From contig JBGGMJ010000188.1 of the NCBI GenBank assembly GCA_041288095.1, positions 1 through 64,000 on the forward strand: a stretch of 64,000 nucleotides of DNA, given 5' to 3'. The stretch is from Myxococcota bacterium (GTDB lineage: Bacteria > Myxococcota > XYA12-FULL-58-9 > JALHOP01). A program made the position numbers and the translations under genes. The notes under the pieces were generated by a model, which saw only the letters and a list, made by a program, of their open reading frames with translations, ran no database searches and was not told the DNA's origin. Of this stretch, positions 1 to 10,104 are shown piece by piece (within the stretch, counting starts at the first letter, position 1; the number at the start of each line of letters is the position of its first letter).

Positions 1-1068
1 TTCGACGCGCAGTACCTGCAGCTCGACGCCGCGAAGCTCGAGCCGTCAATTTGGCCGGGCGAGCTCGACGAGGGCATGTGGCTGACGCCGCAGTCCGCTT
101 TGGCGTCCCATGACGCGGGCAACATCTTCATCTCCTATCCAGTGCTCGAGACCATCCGGACGATTCGCGCCGCCCACAACGACCTTCCGACCGCGGCACG
201 GGCCATGGAAGCGCGGGGCGTCAACCCTCCGAGCGGCGGCGAGATGCTCACCGGCGTCCACGTCTTGCCGCTCAAGAGCCCGACCTTGCCGCCGGCGACG
301 CACACCAACGTCTATACGCTGGGTCACCACGACGTCGTCATCGTCGACCCGGCGCCTACCGAGGCCGAGCCGCAAGAAGAGCTCATCCACTACCTCACGA
401 GGCTCCAGGCGAGCGGCGTGCGCTTGCGCGAGATTTGGCTCACGCATCATCATCCCGACCATGTCGGCAGCGCCATGCTGGTGCGTGACCGCTTCGGCAT
501 ACCGATCGCGGCGCACGAGATCACGGCGAGCGATCTCCACGGCATCGTGAAGGTGGATCGCTTCATCGCCGACGGCGAGGTGTCGCGCATGCCGCTCATC
601 GGCGACCACTTCGCCGAGTGGACCGCGATCTTCACTCCGGGGCACGCCCGCGGGCATTTGTGTTTCTTCGACACCCGGATGCGGACGCTGCTCGCCGGCG
701 ACCTGCTCGCTAGCCTCGGCACCATCATCGTTGCCCCACCGGACGGCGACATGCGCGACTACATGGCGTCACTCGCCAAGGTGCGGGCTCTGAACCCGCG
801 CTTGCTCTTCCCGGCGCACGGCCCGCCCGTCGGCGCCATCGGCAAGATCGACGAGTACGTCGCCCACCGCACCGCGCGCGAGAACGCCATTCTCGAGGCG
901 CTGCGCACCGCCAGTACCGCCCACGACATCGTGCCTTTGGTCTACACTGACGTACCGGAGGCGACCTGGCCGCTCGCGGAGATCAACGTGCAGGCCGTCC
1001 TAGACAAGCTCGAGACCGAAGGCCGCATACGCAAAAGCGGGCACGGTTACTTGCGCAGCTCGGCTTGA
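1..1068 (+). CDS. MBL-fold hydrolase (LACTB2-like), probably an N-terminal NUDIX fusion; 5' partial
   Basis: The frame is open from base 1 (FDAQYL...GEL..GMW, resembling the NUDIX C-terminal part). It has the THHHPDH, PGHARGH, AGD and PAHG metallo-beta-lactamase motifs and a C-terminal winged-helix-like tail. Confidence 0.8.
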   Translation, partial: FDAQYLQLDAAKLEPSIWPGELDEGMWLTPQSALASHDAGNIFISYPVLETIRTIRAAHNDLPTAARAMEARGVNPPSGGEMLTGVHVLPLKSPTLPPATHTNVYTLGHHDVVIVDPAPTEAEPQEELIHYLTRLQASGVRLREIWLTHHHPDHVGSAMLVRDRFGIPIAAHEITASDLHGIVKVDRFIADGEVSRMPLIGDHFAEWTAIFTPGHARGHLCFFDTRMRTLLAGDLLASLGTIIVAPPDGDMRDYMASLAKVRALNPRLLFPAHGPPVGAIGKIDEYVAHRTARENAILEALRTASTAHDIVPLVYTDVPEATWPLAEINVQAVLDKLETEGRIRKSGHGYLRSSA

Positions 1069-3464
1069 CCGCGGGCACCTTTGGCGCGCAGCGCGTTGAA
1101 GATCGACTTCGGCGCCTTGTAGGCCTCGGCGAGATCCATCGCGGTGCCTTCCGGCGTCGGGAAGTTCACTAGCGCCCCCGCTTTCAGCAGCGCATCCACC
1201 ATCTTGCTGTTGTGCTTGACGATGGCGAAGTGCAGCGGCCCGAAGTCACAGCCGGGTATGAAGAGACCCGCGTTGGGGTCGGCGTCGTTGGCGATGAGTC
1301 GCAGCACCTCGTTGGTCTCTCCCTGCGCGGCCGCGGTGCGCAGGGCGTCGTTGCGCGTCGGTCGCGGTGATTTCATGAGCTCGATGGTGTCGGGGCGCGC
1401 CACCAGTTGGGCGAGCTCGAGCGGCGTAATGTCCGACTTCCCGGCGACATCGAACGCGACGCTATTGCGGACCAACGTCACGAGCAGATCCGCGTCCTCG
1501 GCGTGCGCGGCGTAGTGGGCGAGGGAACCGGCGGCGAAGTCCTGGGTCGCGTAGTCCTTGGTGCAGCCATGGTCGGGGAACCGCTCCGCGAGACGTTGAC
1601 CTTCGCGCTGCACGATGTAGCGCGGCACCTCGACCTTCGCGGGATCGATCCCGGTGAGCTCCGCGGAGGCGCGCGCCGCGAGGTTTGCGTCGCGTAGCTC
1701 GGTGAACCCCAGCGGATAGGCCGCGACCGACGCCGTGTGCCTCGCCTTGTCGCGCAGCCAGTAGCCGCGATGCTCCTTGGCGTCGAGGCTCGGTGCCACG
1801 GTGATCACGCGGCCATTCTTCCGGTCGAAATGCGCGAGGGTCACGTCATCTTCGACCCGCGGCCCGGCCCACACCACGCCCACGGCCTTCTTGATGCCGT
1901 CGATGACGAGTAGGCCCATGCGCTCTTCCCGGAAGGTCACCGGTGCCGCGAGGACCGCCGGCCCGGTCGCGAAGTAGTCGTGCACCGCGCTACGCATGTT
2001 CGCTCCAGCGAACAGTGCCGAGGCGCGGCCGTCGTCGAGATAAGCCTGGCTCTGGGCCGCGAGGTAGAGATGCAGCGCGTCGCTCGCGGCGTTGGTCTCG
2101 GCGGCGGCGAGCCGTGAGCCGGCGGGGCTCGTCAGCGTCAGCTCGTGCAACGCATCGTAGCCGGCGCGCCGCGCCGTGGTGAGCACCGCTGCCGTTGTCG
2201 GCGGAATGGCGGTGTTGTTGAGGAGCCACGAGTTGTGGAGGCGCTCCGAGACCGACCACTCGATGGCGCGGCCCGCGAACACCGGCATCGACCATTCGAC
2301 CTTCATGGTCGCGAGGTCGACGACCGCGACGCCGCGCTCGCGGCGCACGAGCAGGTTGCGGTTGTGGAAGCTCAAGTAGTCCGGGAGCCCGCGCTTGCTC
2401 ACGAGCTCGAGCGGCAGCTTCGCCTTGGCGACCATCGCACCGGAGCGCGCGTCGATGCGCATGGCCTGCGCCGCGCTGGTGACGACGATGAAGCCGTCAT
2501 CGTCGATGACGGGTCCGCCGTGGATCTCGGCGAGCGGCTCGCTGTGCCAGATGAGCGTGCCGACGGTGTCGTGCAACGTGAGCTCGCTGGCGATGGCGCT
2601 GGTGGTGTGCGTCCAGGCCACGAGGAGGTTTACCCCCGCCATCCCGACGGAGATCGGCTTCAAGCCCTCGCGCGCATGGCGCCAGGTGACGCGGCCGTCG
2701 ACGGTCGAGAAGCTGGTGACCGCGGCCGAGCCGACGGTGATGAGCTGATCGGAGATGCGGATTGCCTGCGTGACCGGACCGTCGACGTTCTCGTTGCTGG
2801 TCCAGTCGAGGCGACCACCATCGATGGAGAGACGCTGCAGGCGGTCCGTGATCACGTACACCGCGGGCTCGGCGAGCCAAGCGCTGAAGCCCAATGGCGT
2901 CGCGCTGGCGGCAATCGGCGAGCTCCAGCGGTTGACGCCGGTCGCGAGCTCCACCGCGTGCACGGCTTGGTCATCGACCACGACGATCGCTGGCCGCGCC
3001 AGCACCGGCGACAGCACGTAGGCCGAGCGCCGCCCGAAGCGACGGTTCCACAACAACGTTCCGCTTTCGCGTTCGATGCCGGTGACCATCATGGCGTCGC
3101 CGGTGATGGTGGCGATGACGATGCAGGGATCACTCGTGACCACGACGGATTGGCCGCTGGGCAACGCCGCGGCCTCGACTTTCCAGCGCTGCTTGCCGGT
3201 CGCGAGGTCGAGCAGCATGAGGGGGCCGCGACGGTAGGCCGCGAACTTGTCGGTCCACGTCAGGGCGCCGACCAGCACGGCGTCCTCGCCGATGGGCTCG
3301 AGGAGGTCGGCGAACGGTGCCTCGAGTGGCAACGACCACGCCGGCGCCGGCACCGTCTCCTTGAGCTTGGCGGTCGCGGCGAGCACCTCGGGCCGCAGCT
3401 TCACCGGGCGCGCACAGGCCAGCGCGGAGATGCAAAACACAGCGGCGACGAGGGCTTTCAGCAT
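1047..3464 (-). CDS. Lipoprotein with PQQ-like beta-propeller repeats and C-terminal ankyrin repeats
   Basis: Lipobox (ISALA-C); repeated xDxxTGxxxW blades; C-terminal TPLELA, LRTAAAQG and PLHFAI ankyrin-like repeats. Start placed at ATG 3464. Confidence 0.7.
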   Translation of the reverse strand: MLKALVAAVFCISALACARPVKLRPEVLAATAKLKETVPAPAWSLPLEAPFADLLEPIGEDAVLVGALTWTDKFAAYRRGPLMLLDLATGKQRWKVEAAALPSGQSVVVTSDPCIVIATITGDAMMVTGIERESGTLLWNRRFGRRSAYVLSPVLARPAIVVVDDQAVHAVELATGVNRWSSPIAASATPLGFSAWLAEPAVYVITDRLQRLSIDGGRLDWTSNENVDGPVTQAIRISDQLITVGSAAVTSFSTVDGRVTWRHAREGLKPISVGMAGVNLLVAWTHTTSAIASELTLHDTVGTLIWHSEPLAEIHGGPVIDDDGFIVVTSAAQAMRIDARSGAMVAKAKLPLELVSKRGLPDYLSFHNRNLLVRRERGVAVVDLATMKVEWSMPVFAGRAIEWSVSERLHNSWLLNNTAIPPTTAAVLTTARRAGYDALHELTLTSPAGSRLAAAETNAASDALHLYLAAQSQAYLDDGRASALFAGANMRSAVHDYFATGPAVLAAPVTFREERMGLLVIDGIKKAVGVVWAGPRVEDDVTLAHFDRKNGRVITVAPSLDAKEHRGYWLRDKARHTASVAAYPLGFTELRDANLAARASAELTGIDPAKVEVPRYIVQREGQRLAERFPDHGCTKDYATQDFAAGSLAHYAAHAEDADLLVTLVRNSVAFDVAGKSDITPLELAQLVARPDTIELMKSPRPTRNDALRTAAAQGETNEVLRLIANDADPNAGLFIPGCDFGPLHFAIVKHNSKMVDALLKAGALVNFPTPEGTAMDLAEAYKAPKSIFNALRAKGARGQAELRK

Positions 3465-3530
3465 CAGTTTGGGGGCTGTCACAGAGACTACACGCTTTTG
3501 ACCCAACCTCTACACGCGTATGGTCCGGTC

Positions 3531-3962
3531 ATGGTTTGCCTCGTCTTGCTCGCCGTCATGGCCACCCCGGCTCCTTCCCCCAAGGAGGCCGACATCCGCC
3601 GTTTGATGGAGCTGACCACGACCTCCGAGCTAGCCGGGCAAATCACCCAGCAGATGCTCGAGTCCTTCAAGGCCGCCTTCACGAAGGTGCCCGACGCCAC
3701 CTGGACCGAGCTCAAGAAGGAGCTGACTCCCGACGACCTGCTCGCGAAGATCGGGGCCGTCTACGACCGCCACTTCAGCCACGACGACATCAAGGCGCTC
3801 ATCGCCTTTTACGAGACGCCGCTCGGCAAGAAGCTCTTGAAAGAGCTGCCGGCGGTGACCCTGGAGAGCCTCGAGGTCGGCCAGACCTGGGGTCGCGCCA
3901 TGGGCCAGCGGATGATGGAGCGGCTCGAGGCCAAGGGCTATCGCCTTCCCGCCGCGAAATAG
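3531..3962 (+). CDS. DUF2059 family protein
   Basis: Hydrophobic N-terminus and the YDRHFSHDDIKALIAFYETPLGKK motif. The upstream part of ORF 2145..3962 is antisense shadow of the previous gene. Confidence 0.8.
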   Translation: MVCLVLLAVMATPAPSPKEADIRRLMELTTTSELAGQITQQMLESFKAAFTKVPDATWTELKKELTPDDLLAKIGAVYDRHFSHDDIKALIAFYETPLGKKLLKELPAVTLESLEVGQTWGRAMGQRMMERLEAKGYRLPAAK

Positions 3963-3977
3963 TACTCTCCGCCGCGC

Positions 3978-5021
3978 ATGAGTCACCCGAGATTGCGCTT
4001 GGCTCCCGAGGTGGTGACGCCGGCCATGTTGGACGCCGCGTTGCTCGCCGACGGCAATGTCGATCGGCTCGGCCGCCGCATCGACTACATGCGCATCTCG
4101 ATCACCGACCGCTGTAACCTCCGCTGCGTCTACTGCATGCCCGAAGAGGGCGTGCGGCTCTCGCCGAAGGACGAGCTGCTCTCCTTCGAGGAGATCTGGC
4201 GGGTCGCTGGCGCCGCCCACGAGCTCGGCTTCACCAAGTTCCGAGTTACGGGTGGTGAGCCGCTGGTCGTGCGCAACGTGCTGGTTTTCTTGCAGGGCCT
4301 GCGACGCGTAACCGGCGACGCCACCTTGTGCCTCACGACCAACGGCACTCTGCTCGATCAGTACATCGACGACCTGCGCGACATCGGCATCTCGCGAATC
4401 AACGTTTCGCTCGATACCCTGGACCCTGTCCGCTTCAAGCGACTGGCACGGCGCGACGGTCTCGACACCGTGCTCGCCGCCATCGAGCGCGCGGCCTTCG
4501 CCGGCTTTGCGCGCGTGAAGGTCAACGCGGTCATCGTGCCCGGCGTGAACGACGACGATCTCGTGCCGCTCGCGGGCCTCGCCGAGAAGCTCCCCATCGA
4601 TGTCCGCTTCATCGAGCAGATGCCGATCGACGGCGAGGTGGACGGCGGCTTTCTGGGCGCGGACGAAATGCTGGCGCGTATCGGCGACGCTTATCCGCTA
4701 TCGCGGTCAGATCCCGACGACAGTCGTCAGGCCGCGCAGCTCATGTACGAGTCGCCCCGGTTGCGCGGGCGCATCGGCGTCATCGCGCCGCGATCGAAGA
4801 AGTTCTGCGCCTCGTGCAACCGCTTGCGTCTCACCCCGAACGGCGAGCTCAAAGGCTGCCTGCTCTCCGAAGGTACGCTCGACCTGCGTGACGCTTTGCG
4901 GGCCGGCGTCGACGACCAAGGTCTCGCTACGCTTTTGCGGTATGCTATCGGCATCAAGCCCGCCGAATACAAAGACGAGCGCTATGGCCTCGACCGATCG
5001 ATGAGCGCCATTGGTGGCTGA
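3978..5021 (+). CDS. moaA: GTP 3',8-cyclase MoaA
   Basis: YMRISITDRCNLRCVYCMP radical SAM motif, TGGEP, C-terminal FCxxCNRLRL..GCL and the MSAIGG terminus. Confidence 0.95.
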   Translation: MSHPRLRLAPEVVTPAMLDAALLADGNVDRLGRRIDYMRISITDRCNLRCVYCMPEEGVRLSPKDELLSFEEIWRVAGAAHELGFTKFRVTGGEPLVVRNVLVFLQGLRRVTGDATLCLTTNGTLLDQYIDDLRDIGISRINVSLDTLDPVRFKRLARRDGLDTVLAAIERAAFAGFARVKVNAVIVPGVNDDDLVPLAGLAEKLPIDVRFIEQMPIDGEVDGGFLGADEMLARIGDAYPLSRSDPDDSRQAAQLMYESPRLRGRIGVIAPRSKKFCASCNRLRLTPNGELKGCLLSEGTLDLRDALRAGVDDQGLATLLRYAIGIKPAEYKDERYGLDRSMSAIGG

Positions 5022-5667
5022 GCGACGCAACTTCCGCCGGACCCTCCTCACTGGGTTCTTCATCATCCTGCCGTTGGCCGTGACGCTCTGGTTCTTGCAG
5101 CTCGTCTTCGGGGCGGTCGACCGCGCCATGACGCCGGTCATCCTGCGCACCTTCCACCTCGTCGGCTTCGGCGAATGGAGCACGGTCGCCTGGGTGAAGG
5201 TGTTTCTGCCCATCGCGAGCCTCACCGTCGCGGTGCTCTTCACGTGGCTCCTCGGCCTCGTTGGCGGCAACGTCGTCGGCCGTCAGATCGTCGGCTGGCT
5301 CGAGCGTCTGGTGCAGCAGATCCCGGTGGTCCGCAGCGTCTATTCCGCGACGCGCCAATTCGTCGACACGTTCTCGTCGGGCGACGGGCGCTCGTTCAAC
5401 CGGGTCGTCCTCGTCGAGTGGCCGCAGAAGGGCTCATGGACCATCGGCCTCGTCACCCAAGACACCGCCGGCGAGATCCGCCAGAAGCTCGGACTGAAGA
5501 AGCTCCTCTCGGTCTACGTGCCGACGACGCCGAATCCGACCGGCGGCTATCTCATCTTCGTGGCCGAGGAGAGCGTCATGCCCCTCGCCATGAGCGTCGA
5601 CGAGGCCCTGAAGATGGTGATTTCGCTTGGCGTTCTCGGCGGCGACTCGCAAGATCCAGTGACCTGA
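5011..5667 (+). CDS. DUF502 family membrane protein
   Basis: Two TM segments, IPVVRSVYS and the VPTTPNPTGGYL motif. Confidence 0.9.
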   Translation: MVAERRNFRRTLLTGFFIILPLAVTLWFLQLVFGAVDRAMTPVILRTFHLVGFGEWSTVAWVKVFLPIASLTVAVLFTWLLGLVGGNVVGRQIVGWLERLVQQIPVVRSVYSATRQFVDTFSSGDGRSFNRVVLVEWPQKGSWTIGLVTQDTAGEIRQKLGLKKLLSVYVPTTPNPTGGYLIFVAEESVMPLAMSVDEALKMVISLGVLGGDSQDPVT

Positions 5668-5727
5668 TTCGCGGCGGCACGACGCGGCTTTTTTGCCGCT
5701 GTGGCGTCGCTTCTGTAGGTTCGCGGC

Positions 5728-6054
5728 ATGCTGTCGCTCTTGCGCTTCGCGTTCTACATGGCGGTCCTCGTCTTCGGCGCCTACTTCGTCTTCTACAAGG
5801 ATGTCGGCGGCAAATCGCTCGCGGGGCACGTCGCGGAAGTGTTCGATTCCGACATGGTGCAGCGCAAGATCGCCGGCATCAAAGACGACATGCGCGAGGA
5901 CCTCGAGGTGCGGCTCGCGAAGGCCAAGGCCGACCGCGCCGAAAAGTCCGGTAAAGTGGACAACAAGAAACACGACGGCTACGACATCATCAACGAAGCC
6001 GACCGCGAGTCTCTCTCGCAGCTCATCGAAAAAAAGACTCAACCCAAGAAGTGA
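5728..6054 (+). CDS. Hypothetical membrane-anchored protein
   Basis: N-terminal TM helix, charged C-terminus, high-GC3 codons; its stop overlaps the next start. Confidence 0.7.
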   Translation: MLSLLRFAFYMAVLVFGAYFVFYKDVGGKSLAGHVAEVFDSDMVQRKIAGIKDDMREDLEVRLAKAKADRAEKSGKVDNKKHDGYDIINEADRESLSQLIEKKTQPKK

Positions 6055-6425
6055 GCGGCAAGCGCGAGCCCTGGCGCGAGGTTCTCCTCGTCGTGGCGGT
6101 GCTGATCGCCGGCATCGTCTTCGGCATGTACGCGTACACGCGCAACCGCGAAGACGATGGGGTGACCGCCATCGCGGTAGCACGCCACGTCAACGTACGC
6201 GGCTATCGGCTCGAAGAGATGGTGCAGCGCGACAACCCGGGCGCGACCCTCGATTGGCAGACGGTCGCGGGTGACAACGCCATGGTGCGCGTGGCGGTGA
6301 AAGCCGTCCGCGAAAACGGAACAACGGAATATCGATTCGACGTCGACATCCCTACGGGGCGGGTCCACGCGGCGAATCCACACGCCCGTGAGCTCCTCGA
6401 CCAAGGCCCGGACCCGCGGGAATAG
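6051..6425 (+). CDS. Hypothetical membrane-anchored protein (possible PepSY-like C-terminus)
   Basis: GTGA overlap with the upstream gene; one TM helix; YRFDVDxxTGRV. Confidence 0.65.
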   Translation: MSGKREPWREVLLVVAVLIAGIVFGMYAYTRNREDDGVTAIAVARHVNVRGYRLEEMVQRDNPGATLDWQTVAGDNAMVRVAVKAVRENGTTEYRFDVDIPTGRVHAANPHARELLDQGPDPRE

Positions 6426-6502
6426 AGAGGGGCCGGATGTCGGTTGCATGGCGGGCCGAACGGCGTAACGTTCACGCCCGCAAGGCTTTTCAAGGACCGA
6501 CT

Positions 6503-7936
6503 ATGCGCAAGCTCGTGCTTCCCCTCGCGGTGGCTTTGATCGCTTCTCCCGCGTTCGCCCAATCCTCCAAGCTCTTCGTGGAACGCCCGAGCGGCGCCGC
6601 ACCGCTCACGCAGATCCCCAACTTCGCGGCGCTCGCCAAGCAAGTGACCCCCGCGGTGGTCAGTATCTCCGTCGAGGCGCGCACGAAGATGAGTCGCGGC
6701 CGCGGCGGGCAGGACTTCCACTGGTTTGGTCCCGAAGGTCCCGGCCAGCGTGGGCCCGACCGCGACTTCGCCAAGGGGCTCGGCAGCGGCTTCGTCATTC
6801 GCCCCGAGGGCCTCATCCTCACCAACAATCACGTGGTCGAGGACGCCGAGCGTATCGAGGTGACCATCGAGTACCCCAACGGCGGCGAGCGCAAGCTGTC
6901 CGCTAAAGTGTTGGGCACGGCTCCCGAGTACGACGTCGCGCTCATCCAGACCGAAGAGGACGCGAAGGCGCCGGTCGCCTACCTCGGAGACTCCGACGCC
7001 GTCGAGATCGGCGACTGGGTGATGGCCGTCGGCAATCCCTTTGGTCTCTCGCACTCGGTGTCGACCGGTATCATCTCCGCCAAGGAACGGCGCGACATCG
7101 CGCCCTCGGGCCGCTCGGGGCTCTACGATTTCTTGCAGACCGACGCGTCGATCAATCCCGGCAACTCGGGTGGCCCGCTCATCAACATGAAGGGCGAGGT
7201 CATCGGCATCAACTCGGCGATCAACGCCCAGGGCTCGGGCATCGGCTTTGCGATCCCCATCAACATGGTCAAAGCGATGCTGCCCGACTTGAAGAGCAAG
7301 GGTCGCTACACGCGCAGCTGGATTGGCATCCGCATCCAAGGCCTCAGCCCGGAGCTGGCGCAGAGCTACGGCTTGTCGGGAACGTCGGGCGCGCTGGTCA
7401 GCGAGGTCGTGCCGCAAGGCCCGGCGGCGAACGCGGGTCTCAAGGAGGGCGACGTCATCTTGACCTTCGACGGCAAGGAGCTGCGCCGCTCCACCGACCT
7501 ACCGCTCTTCGCCAGCATGGCCGGGATCGGCAAGGAAGTGCCGCTCAAGATCTGGCGCGACCGCAAGGAGCAAACCGTCAAGGTGAAGCTCAGCGAGTTC
7601 CCCGACGGCATCGCCAAGGCCGACGACGGCACCCCAGCCGGCGAGGCGACTCCAGCTCAGCTCGGCATGACCGTGGGTGACATCACGCCACAGGTGCAAA
7701 GGGAGCTCGAGCTCGATAGCGACAAGGGCGTGGTCATCCGTGACGTTCAAGCGTCGGGCTTGGCTGGCCGCGCCGGCTTGCGCCCGGGTGACGTCTTGCT
7801 CAGCGTCAATGGCCAAGAGGTCCGGAATTCCAAGGGATTTGTCGCCTCGGTCAAGGCCATCAAGAGCGGCGGCGTCATGCGGCTGCAAGTTCAGCGCGGA
7901 GACGCTAAGGTCTACGTGGCCCTGAAACAGCCCTGA
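6503..7936 (+). CDS. Do/DegQ family (HtrA) periplasmic serine endoprotease with two PDZ domains
   Basis: Signal peptide; GSGF, LTNNHVV, YDVAL and QTDASINPGNSGGPL motifs; two PDZ domains. Confidence 0.95.
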   Translation: MRKLVLPLAVALIASPAFAQSSKLFVERPSGAAPLTQIPNFAALAKQVTPAVVSISVEARTKMSRGRGGQDFHWFGPEGPGQRGPDRDFAKGLGSGFVIRPEGLILTNNHVVEDAERIEVTIEYPNGGERKLSAKVLGTAPEYDVALIQTEEDAKAPVAYLGDSDAVEIGDWVMAVGNPFGLSHSVSTGIISAKERRDIAPSGRSGLYDFLQTDASINPGNSGGPLINMKGEVIGINSAINAQGSGIGFAIPINMVKAMLPDLKSKGRYTRSWIGIRIQGLSPELAQSYGLSGTSGALVSEVVPQGPAANAGLKEGDVILTFDGKELRRSTDLPLFASMAGIGKEVPLKIWRDRKEQTVKVKLSEFPDGIAKADDGTPAGEATPAQLGMTVGDITPQVQRELELDSDKGVVIRDVQASGLAGRAGLRPGDVLLSVNGQEVRNSKGFVASVKAIKSGGVMRLQVQRGDAKVYVALKQP

Positions 7937-8011
7937 GCCGGGTTGATTTACGGTCGTTTTCCCGCTGACAGGGGCAAGCGAAGCAATTCAGCCCAGTTGG
8001 CGGGAGGGCGT

Positions 8012-8038
8012 GTACAAGTTAGAGCACGGTCTCGATAG
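8012..8038 (+). promoter_or_regulatory. Weak copy of the sigma28-like motif
   Basis: GTAC-N15-CTCGATAG, 42 nt upstream of ATG 8081. Confidence 0.35.
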
Positions 8039-8080
8039 GGCATCCTACGCGCCCGGTTCGCACGAAAGGTCGCAATCGCC

Positions 8081-8926
8081 ATGGCCATCAATCGCATCGA
8101 CCAACTCCAGCGCACGACGGCCCTTCCGACCGCTGAAGATTCGCAGGCTGGGCGCTCCGCACGGCTCGAGCTCAACCAGCAGTCGAGCTTCGAGCGCGGC
8201 AGCGACTCCGACTTCGATCCCGCGAACTTCCAGTCGAGCTTCACCGACGACCAGCGTCGCGAAGCGCAGGCGCGCTTCGAGAGCTTGCCAATCGAGGACC
8301 AGGAAGCCGTCGACACCGCGGTCACGAAGGTTTACCTCGGGCTCAGCGGCGTGCGCACCGGTACCACGACCACCGCCGAAGTTGGTGCCTCGCTGGCCGA
8401 AGGCCTCTCGACTTACTCGAACGCGCTCTACGGCGTGCGTGGTTTGCCCGCCGCCAACCGCGTGTCACGCGGAAGCGGTGGCTCGGGCGAAGTCACCGAC
8501 ATCATGGTGCGCGTCATGGGCCGGGTCGAAGACACGGTTGCCCAGTTCGCGATCGACCTCCAGGGCAAGATCAACATGAAGTCCGAGCTGCGCACCCAGC
8601 TCGCCGAAGTTCGCGACATGGTCGCCAACTGGCCCGAGGGCGCGGAGACGCAGACGTTCACCTATACGTCGTACGACGTCGACTCGAGCACCGGTAAGGT
8701 CACCGAGACCGTTCACACCGAAGAGCTGACGAAAGAGCAAGCGATGGCGCTGCAGGAGCGCATGCAGTCGCAGCTCGACACCCTCTCCGACATCACCCAG
8801 ATGCAACAGTTCGAGCTGCAGCAGAAGTATCAGCAGCAGCAGGAAGCCATGCAGACACTGAGCGAAATTCTCCGCTCGATGCATGACACCATGAAGAACA
8901 CCATCGCCAACGTGAAAGCGTCCTAG
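8081..8926 (+). CDS. Hypothetical protein with EspA/SseB/Bsp22-like helical C-terminus
   Basis: No signal peptide, polar leader, coiled coil, and C-terminal [44 protein letters not shown]. The family call is pattern recognition only. Confidence 0.55.
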   Translation: MAINRIDQLQRTTALPTAEDSQAGRSARLELNQQSSFERGSDSDFDPANFQSSFTDDQRREAQARFESLPIEDQEAVDTAVTKVYLGLSGVRTGTTTTAEVGASLAEGLSTYSNALYGVRGLPAANRVSRGSGGSGEVTDIMVRVMGRVEDTVAQFAIDLQGKINMKSELRTQLAEVRDMVANWPEGAETQTFTYTSYDVDSSTGKVTETVHTEELTKEQAMALQERMQSQLDTLSDITQMQQFELQQKYQQQQEAMQTLSEILRSMHDTMKNTIANVKAS

Positions 8927-10104
8927 TCCGCGTTCGGCGTCATCACGCACTTCACGCAGCCTTCACGCTTCTCCATGAAGGTGTCGTAGAGGTGCGGCGC
9001 GTCCTCGAGTGAGCCGCGGTGCGTGACGATGAACGACGGATCGATGTCGCCACCGTCGATGCGCGCGAGCAACGGCTCGAGGTAACGGTGGACGTGCGTC
9101 TGACCCGTGCGCAGCGTCAGCCCTTTGTTCATCACCGCGCCGAACGGCATCTTGTCGAGGAAGCCGCCGTAGACGCCCGGGACCGATAGCGTGCCGCCCG
9201 GCCGGCACGCGATCATCGCTTGGCGCAGCGCGTACGGCCGATCCTGCTCGAGCTTCAGCATCTGCTTCACCTTGTCGTAGGCGAACATGAAGCCGGTGCC
9301 GTGCGCCTCGAGCCCGACCGCATCGATGCAGTGGTCGGGTCCGCGGCCGCCCGTGAGTGAGCGCAGCTCGTCGAGCACGTCTACCTCTTCATAGTCGAGC
9401 ACCACGGTAGCGTCGCTCTGACTGCGCGCCATCTCGAGCCGCGCCGGCACACGATCGATGGCGATGACTTGCTCGGCACCCAACATATACGCCGAGCGAA
9501 TCGCGAACTGACCAACAGGCCCACAACCCCACACCGCGACGATGTCTCCCGGCGCGATGCCGCAGTTCTCGGCGGCCATATAACCCGTCGGGAAGATGTC
9601 GGTGAGGAACAGGACCTGCTCGTCGGTGAGCGTGTCGGGCACCTTGAAGCAACCGACGTCGGCATGCGGTACGCGCACGTACTCCGCTTGGCCGCCGGCG
9701 TATCCACCGGTCATGTGCGAGTAGCCGAAGAGCCCCGAGGTCGAGTGGCCGAAGAGCTTCTCGGCCATCCAAGCGTTGGGGTTCGTGTTCTCGCAGAGCG
9801 AGGTGCGGCCGTTGACGCAGTTTTCGCAGTTGCCGCAGGCGATGGTGAACGGCACGACGACACGGTCGCCGACTTTCACGCGTGTCGTCGAGGAGCCAAC
9901 CTCGACGATCTCGCCCATGAACTCATGCCCGAGCACGTCCCCCGACTGCATGCTCGGGATGTAACCGTTCACGAGGTGCAAATCGGAGCCGCAGATCGCG
10001 GTGGCGGTGACACGAACGATGGCGTCGCGTGGATTGACGATACGTGGCTCGGGAATGTCCTCGCAGCGCACGTCCTTGGGACCCATCCAGCAAACGGCTT
10101 TCAT
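8923..10104 (-). CDS. Zinc-dependent alcohol/formaldehyde dehydrogenase (FDH-like MDR)
   Basis: ICGSDLH, GHEFMGE, CxxCxxCx7C, DIFPTGY and GCGPVG motifs. Confidence 0.93.
   Translation of the reverse strand: MKAVCWMGPKDVRCEDIPEPRIVNPRDAIVRVTATAICGSDLHLVNGYIPSMQSGDVLGHEFMGEIVEVGSSTTRVKVGDRVVVPFTIACGNCENCVNGRTSLCENTNPNAWMAEKLFGHSTSGLFGYSHMTGGYAGGQAEYVRVPHADVGCFKVPDTLTDEQVLFLTDIFPTGYMAAENCGIAPGDIVAVWGCGPVGQFAIRSAYMLGAEQVIAIDRVPARLEMARSQSDATVVLDYEEVDVLDELRSLTGGRGPDHCIDAVGLEAHGTGFMFAYDKVKQMLKLEQDRPYALRQAMIACRPGGTLSVPGVYGGFLDKMPFGAVMNKGLTLRTGQTHVHRYLEPLLARIDGGDIDPSFIVTHRGSLEDAPHLYDTFMEKREGCVKCVMTPNAD

Noticed and set aside
2145..3530. Long + strand ORF (605 aa) and many similar long overlapping ORFs, such as 15777..17216(-), 31441..32847(-) and 42380..43597(-)
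   Set aside because: These are antisense or alternate-frame shadows typical of high-GC coding DNA; recognisable family motifs lie in the other frame.
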